From Flavobacteriales bacterium (lineage in GTDB: Bacteria > Bacteroidota > Bacteroidia > Flavobacteriales_D > Sanyastnellaceae), in assembly GCA_049454255.1 (NCBI GenBank), contig JBMTYE010000001.1, positions 1 to 36,148 on the forward strand: DNA of 36,148 nucleotides. The letters run 5' to 3'. Numbering within the stretch: the stretch's first letter is position 1; every line of letters starts with the position of its first letter. The notes beneath the pieces were generated by a model that was given only the letters and a program-made list of their open reading frames with translations, was not told the DNA's origin and ran no database searches. This document shows positions 35,602-36,148 of the stretch, in pieces. Made by a program: the position numbers and the translations under genes.

Positions 35602-35841
35602 TTAGCCGAGGGCGACGAGCAGGCACACGATCACGCCGAAGAGGGCAACCCCTTCCACCAGCGCCGCAGCCACAATCATGCTCGAACGGATATCACCGAT
35701 GACTTCCGGCTGACGGGCCATCGACTCCAGTGCAGAACCGCCGATGCGGCCCACGCCGATGCCTGCTCCGATTGCTGCTGCGCCTGCACCGAGGCCAGCG
35801 AGGCCTTGTCCGATTTCGAGGAGGATGTTCAACATTTCCAT
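35602..35841 (-). CDS. atpE: F0F1 ATP synthase subunit c
   Basis: It is a two-helix hairpin with G-rich helix 1 (GAGAAAIGAGIGVG). The carboxylate sits in helix 2 (AAALVEGVALFG). An alternative ATG lies at 35835. Confidence 0.9.
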   Translation of the reverse strand: MEMLNILLEIGQGLAGLGAGAAAIGAGIGVGRIGGSALESMARQPEVIGDIRSSMIVAAALVEGVALFGVIVCLLVALG

Positions 35842-35870
35842 AATGGGAGATGGTATTGAGTGAATGAATT

Positions 35871-36148
35871 TCAGTGGTGGGCCTCCTGGGTCGCATCGCC
35901 GAAGTACAGCGATGCTAGGAGGGTGAAGACATATGCCTGCAAGAACGCCACGAGCAATTCGAGGCAGTACATGAAGATCATGAACAGCGTCGAAAACACC
36001 CCGATGCCCATCCCGGCTGCAGCTTGCTCGCCGCCTTTTCCGAAGATGAAAATCAAGCTGGTAAAGGCAAGGATGATGATGTGGCCTGCGGTGATGTTCG
36101 CGGTCAAACGGATCATCAACACCGTCGGCTTCAGCAACAGTCCGATTA
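35871..36148 (-). CDS. atpB: F0F1 ATP synthase subunit a, C-terminal part (gene runs off the window)
   Basis: RLTANITAGHIIIL contains the conserved essential Arg motif (R-L-x-x-N) of subunit a. The ORF is open to the window edge, so the track's M at 36137 is internal. Confidence 0.9.
   Translation of the reverse strand, partial: IGLLLKPTVLMIRLTANITAGHIIILAFTSLIFIFGKGGEQAAAGMGIGVFSTLFMIFMYCLELLVAFLQAYVFTLLASLYFGDATQEAHH

Noticed and set aside
32060-36148. The ATP synthase operon lacks the beta and epsilon subunits (atpD, atpC) after atpG.
   Set aside because: A separate atpDC locus is the normal arrangement in Bacteroidota, so this is lineage-typical and not a deletion or novelty.
1-36148. 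A scan for mobile or defence signatures: CRISPR repeats, transposase, integrase or recombinase ORFs, toxin-antitoxin pairs, restriction-modification genes, tRNA/rRNA genes and flanking direct repeats.
   Set aside because: None was found by eye. Every sizeable ORF is accounted for by housekeeping or envelope genes. The largest intergenic gaps are at most ~150 nt. YraN is a conserved stand-alone PD-(D/E)xK-like protein coupled to rluB, not a defence module.

Overview
The window looks like core chromosome from a GC-rich member of the Bacteroidota, probably Flavobacteriia-like. The evidence for that placement is a SusC/SusD pair, lipoproteins resembling DUF4296, DUF4270 and DUF4837, an atpBEFHAG operon without atpDC, a TAnnTTTG-type promoter box, and many 1-4 nt start/stop overlaps. 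I support 35 protein-coding genes, and coding density is very high. On the + strand there are three blocks: 103-4909 (coiled-coil protein, yraN, rluB, GT2, pyrC, lipoprotein), uvrC, and 18592-25722 (half glycogen-synthase homolog, DUF4270-like, glmS, an OMP, then a cyclase/lipoprotein/barrel trio). On the - strand there is an SDR epimerase, a long co-directional array at 7752-18488 (panC, tatA, LysM transglycosylase, two lipoproteins, slyD, HAD-like, thiL, asnB, GT4, nitronate monooxygenase), and 25795-36148 (atpBEFHAG, a histidine kinase, susC, susD). I found no rRNA, tRNA, CRISPR array, transposase, integrase or recognisable defence genes. I see no compelling novel system. The best candidates for uncharacterised biology are four. 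First, a terminator-bracketed, translationally coupled trio at 23598-25722. Second, an orphan NtrY-like kinase joined to the end of the atp operon and sitting upstream of a CAZyme-less SusCD pair. Third, an envelope module of tatA, LysM transglycosylase, lipoprotein and Asp-box propeller. Fourth, a GT4-AsnB pair embedded among housekeeping genes. All family names come from motif recognition by eye and need HMM or structure confirmation. The many long overlapping ORFs in the track are antisense or off-frame artefacts of high GC content.
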